Origin: Pelomyxa schiedti
Taxonomy: Eukaryota > Protista > Evosea
DNA length: 64,000 bases
Assembly: GCA_020536535.1 (NCBI GenBank)
Contig: JAHLWZ010000801.1
Location: 75,095-139,094 of the forward strand
Direction: 5' to 3'
The first letter of the stretch is position 1, and each line of letters opens with the position of its first letter. The notes beneath the pieces were generated by a model. The model was given only the letters and a program-made list of their open reading frames with translations. It searched no databases and had not been told where the DNA came from. Positions 60,184 to 64,000 of this stretch are shown here, in pieces. A program made the translations under genes and the position numbers.

Positions 60184-61864
60184 TCACTCCATGTGAAAGT
60201 GTGCCTTTGAGCAAGGTGCTGCTGATGACAATTGATTGCAGTTATAACAGACCTACATTTGTGTCAGTCAAGGCAGAGGGGATGGGAAAATACCACAGCC
60301 TAACAAAGAATTTAAAAGGAGCAATCACAATGACAATGTTAGGGCACAAGTCAGTGAAGGAATTAAATACACACCCCATACTGGGGAATGAGGTTAATAC
60401 AAACCAATAAATTGGAAGACATACATACTGGCAGAAGAAACATCAACATCGATATTGAGGTTTAATTTTTTATTGTTTATTGTTTATTTTAGATGGAGAA
60501 ACAAATAAAGGGGGATATCGTACTCTTTGGATCTACAGAGCAATTAACAAGGATCGTAAAGGGAGGGGGAGAAAGACACCATTGGGCCAATGTGATAGCG
60601 GCAAGAAGTTGGGGTATTTGTCAAAAAAGTGAATTCGTGATGACAGTTCTTGCATTGTCTCCTCTTTCTCAGCTCCTCAGTTGCTCCAGGATCATTCCCA
60701 GACTCCGAGCCGACAATAGCATCACAGTCCGCAGTATCAGATCTTGGTGAATTGGAAATAGGGTGATGTTGTTGTGTGCTTTTTTGTATTCTCTCAATGT
60801 CGGCTATGTGTCCTTTCTCACTGAGAAGTCTAATATGTTGCTGTTGCTGGTCGATAGTGTCTGCTTGAGTTTTAATTGTGGAAAGTAGCTTCTGGAGAAG
60901 CGGCTGTAGGGCGACATATGGGCAATTCGCGCTGTGAGTCGCCAAACCAGAACGTGGGCCCTTCCACGGGCATCGTACTGAAGAAGCAATGCAACTCACA
61001 ATGTAGGCAGAGCAAACTTCGTTGTGTAAAGCGATGCTTCTAGGTAGTACTGTTTTATCACCGCATCCATTCCTGCACTCTTTAAGCAGTGGTTATTGAT
61101 AATTGAGGGTGAAGAAGAATTACCCATAGGACACAAAGAGACATGATTCTCATAGTCTGCTCTTGTAACCGACAAATGACAATTTGGACATAACACCAAT
61201 ATTCTTCCTAGTTCAGAGAGTAAATGCTCATCAACCAGTGGCCTCAGTTGTGTTGTTTTGCAGACCCGGTTGCACCCCGGGCACTGAGGCCCAGCAATGC
61301 TACACGAGCTTTTCTGTGCGTAAGTGTAAGTAACTGACACCACTAACCCAAACGCGGGAAGGTTACATTATAAGTAGTACAAGAAGAGCAAAACACGGCC
61401 CCGCATGCCACGTGCTCTACGGGGTCCTCCAACGGCTGGCCGCACAAGCAACAGACCAGCCGCTTCTCGTAACTCTGCCCGCCCGGCACATAAATGAACT
61501 TCTTCCTCGGCGGGAAGAACTCCCCCTTCTCCGCCGCCGCCGCCGCCGCCGTAGTCGTCGTCGTCTCCGCGCCCACTCTCACTCCCACTCCCACTCCGGC
61601 GCCGCCCGTCACGCAGCAGCCCGGGTTCCTCCGCGAAGCGTCGTCGCACCCTCCGCCGCCGACCGCTGCCGCGTCGGGGTCGTTGCTGCGAAGAGACGGC
61701 GGGTGGTGCAGCAAAAGAGGCGCCCGCGCATACGCCGACGCCGCGCTCCCGCTGCCGCCGTCGCTGATCTCGTCGGCGGGCGACGCCGCGCAGGGCGGCG
61801 CGCTCTCGGTCGCCTCGCTCGTGCCTGTTGCTGTTGTCGTCGCCCCAGTCGTACCGCTGCTCAT
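60184..61864 (-). CDS. RING finger + TRAF-type zinc finger protein (Dictyostelium DG17/TRAF-like), with coiled coil and C-terminal Cys/His cluster
   Basis: LVCCLCGQPLEDPVEHVACGAVFCSSC...CPGC (RING); VLCPNC...NHVSLCP and CRNGCG...HNEVC, CPWKGPRSGLATHSANCPY (TRAF-type fingers); CKNCHHEF...SCRYH. 3' exons approximate. Confidence 0.8.
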
Positions 61865-62005
61865 CGTGTCTCCTTCCCCCGCGGGTGGGTTTTGTTTTTC
61901 GCTTTTGGAGTATCTTTTCGTTTAATTAAATGATCACTTTGGCGGGTCTTCAAATAAATTCATGCTTTTTCTGAGTTTCTAGTGATGGGGTTGATCTCTT
62001 CTTCC

Positions 62006-64000
62006 TCATGAGTTCTTAACCATGTAGTAACAGGCATCACAGACTAATTCTTTGGTGCTATATCCGAGTTTAGGTAGTGCTATCTTTTGGTGGCAACACT
62101 GTGGTTTGGTTAGTGCGCATGTTTGGGATAAAACAAAATGCACCTTTTGGTCAAAAACTTGCCCACAGTTCCGGCAGTGGTGCTGTTGAGTGGTGAGGGT
62201 GTTATTTGATGAATTTTGTTTTTACCTTTCTATTAAGGACGCTAAACGCGGAACCACAGCTAGCGCATTTCTTCACTTTAGTTTCCTGAATGAATGGTTA
62301 GTTTCACAGAATGGTACAAAGTAGAAATGCGCACATCCACCCAACGCGGCTTTGCGGGGGAAATTGCTGCAGTTGAGGTACTCAGTCCAACAGAAGGGGT
62401 GGGTTCTTTGGCTTTTTGTTCAATTGGCTTATCTGGCTTGGATTCAATAACAATAAATTCGTCTTGTTCTTCTGAAACCAAATTCAGTCTGTTTGGAGGT
62501 GGAATTCAAATGAACCTGACAGTCCTTCCGTGAGTGATGCCAAAATATCCGTTTTGTTCTGGATTACTTTTAAAAAGGGACTTCCAACAGAATTCTTACC
62601 GGTTGTGCTGTTTTTGAAGTTGCATTAGTTCCTCCAGGGGATTTGGATGGCGTTGAACTAGTAAGTGGAGACAAGCCAGGAGATGTAGTACCCATTTCAG
62701 TTTTGCTAGTGGCTGGGGATACAATAGTGGTAGCGGTTTTCGCGGTGGTGACTGATACAGGAGACAAAGGAGATTGGGCAACCTCTTTAGGAGCTGTTGT
62801 TTGTGCGTGTGGTGGAGAGCTTTTAGCTGTGCTCAATGCGATAGGAACACGCAGAGGTAACTCTTCTTGCTGTAAAGGGCTGTTTTCATCGTAGAGTTGC
62901 GGAGGGGAAACAGAGTTAACTGAGGACGCTTTTGCAGAAGCAAGTGCTAAACTTAATGCTGAAGGGCTTGAAGGTGGTGGTAGAACACGTTTTGGGGGTA
63001 CAGATGCAGGTGTGTCACACGTATCACTTGTGGGGACATTCGTAGGAGGGCTTGATTTGGTTTGATCGTTTTGGCGACTTTGTTCCAGGACCAGCTGTGC
63101 TGCCTGCAAAAGTTGTGCAATGCCTGTAATTTTGGGGCGGGTTGGTGAAGTAGAAGGTTGCTTCTCAAATGAGTTTTGGGTGACCTCTGGAACATGATCA
63201 GTTGGTGAGTCAGGCTTCGTTTCTTGTGCAGGAATTTTCATTTCGGCTGGGAGGTGCAGTGCCTCTGTTTCAGGGTTCTTTTCTTCAGGTTTACTTGTTT
63301 GCACTTCTGTTTCGTTTGCATGCACGTCATTTTCGTTGGCATCTATTGCAGGTGCATTCACAAGTACTTCAGGCTCAGTTGCAGGCACTTCCATTTTGGC
63401 TACTAATTGGGCTTCGTGCGCTTCCATAGTTGTTACAAGCCCTTCCACTGTTACAGCCGGTACTTCAAGTTTTTCTGCAGAAGCTTCCTGCTCACTTATT
63501 TGTACTTCCACTGGAATTGAGTGCACTTCGGGTTTTGTGGGTTCCAATTTAAGTGTGTCTACTTTCTGCTCTTCCATTATCTGCACCTTAAGCTCTGTAG
63601 TTTTCATTTCTGGTTCAATTATGTGTGGTTCTGGTTCTGCTGCTTTGGGAACAAGGGATTCTATTGCGCGTGCTTGTACTTCACTGGCAGATGGAACCAC
63701 AACTGTAGGAAGCTGCTCGACAGGTACTGAGTTCAGATCCTTAAGCTCATTAGGTGAAGGGTCATTAGGTGTCAAGACTTTGGTCATTTCGCTACTGGTC
63801 TCTTGCACTGTGATAGAAGGAGACATGAGTTGTTCTGGAGACGGTTCTTCTGGTTTGGGGGGGACCTGAAGCAATTTTTCGACGAATTCTTCAGGAGCAA
63901 TACAAGAAGTAACGTTGGGATTGGATTGTGCATCTATTCTAAGGACGGCATCTATGCCAGTATCTCGAAAAGCCAGTTTGGCACGATCAGAGCAATTGTC
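62006..64000 (-). CDS. S/T/P/E-rich protein with C-terminal FYVE domain (5' end outside the window)
   Basis: Open frame from the window edge through 62570. Spliced terminal exons give PRW..KKCASCGSAFSVLNRK|HHCRNCGQVFDQK|CCHQKIALPKLGYSTKELVCDACYY; TGA at 62006. Confidence 0.82.

Noticed and set aside
1-64000. tRNA genes, transposases, reverse transcriptases
   Set aside because: No cloverleaf with A/B boxes and no DDE or RT motifs noticed by eye; tRNAscan-SE and HMM searches would be needed to exclude them.

Overview
Gene-dense eukaryotic genomic DNA, not prokaryotic. It holds about 23 protein-coding loci, most split by short GT-AG introns, with strongly GC-rich first exons and very short intergenic spacers. 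The gene set includes an NT-C2/DIL protein, WAPL, LRRC45, DSC3-like, RhoGEF-RhoGAP-villin headpiece, homeobox, ZIP, START, ERMP1, TRAF-type RING, FYVE, Sel1 repeats and Crinkler-like genes. This points to a free-living amoebozoan; my impression is an archamoeba such as Pelomyxa, which is inference and unverified. Highlights: (1) an intron-containing, fused EutB-EutC adenosylcobalamin-dependent ethanolamine ammonia-lyase of bacterial type with catalytic residues intact; (2) one of its introns appears to have arisen by tandem duplication of the adjacent exon; (3) an intergenic, structured ~170-nt candidate ncRNA carrying both sense and antisense copies of the conserved LSU rRNA H69-H71 region, plus a splice-donor-like and an Sm-like motif; (4) an intronless orphan ORF of atypical composition followed by a perfect 21-bp hairpin, possibly of viral origin; (5) two further bacterial-type enzymes with introns; (6) two decaying Crinkler-like genes. 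Exon boundaries and family assignments were made by eye from motif recognition, and no database searches were run.
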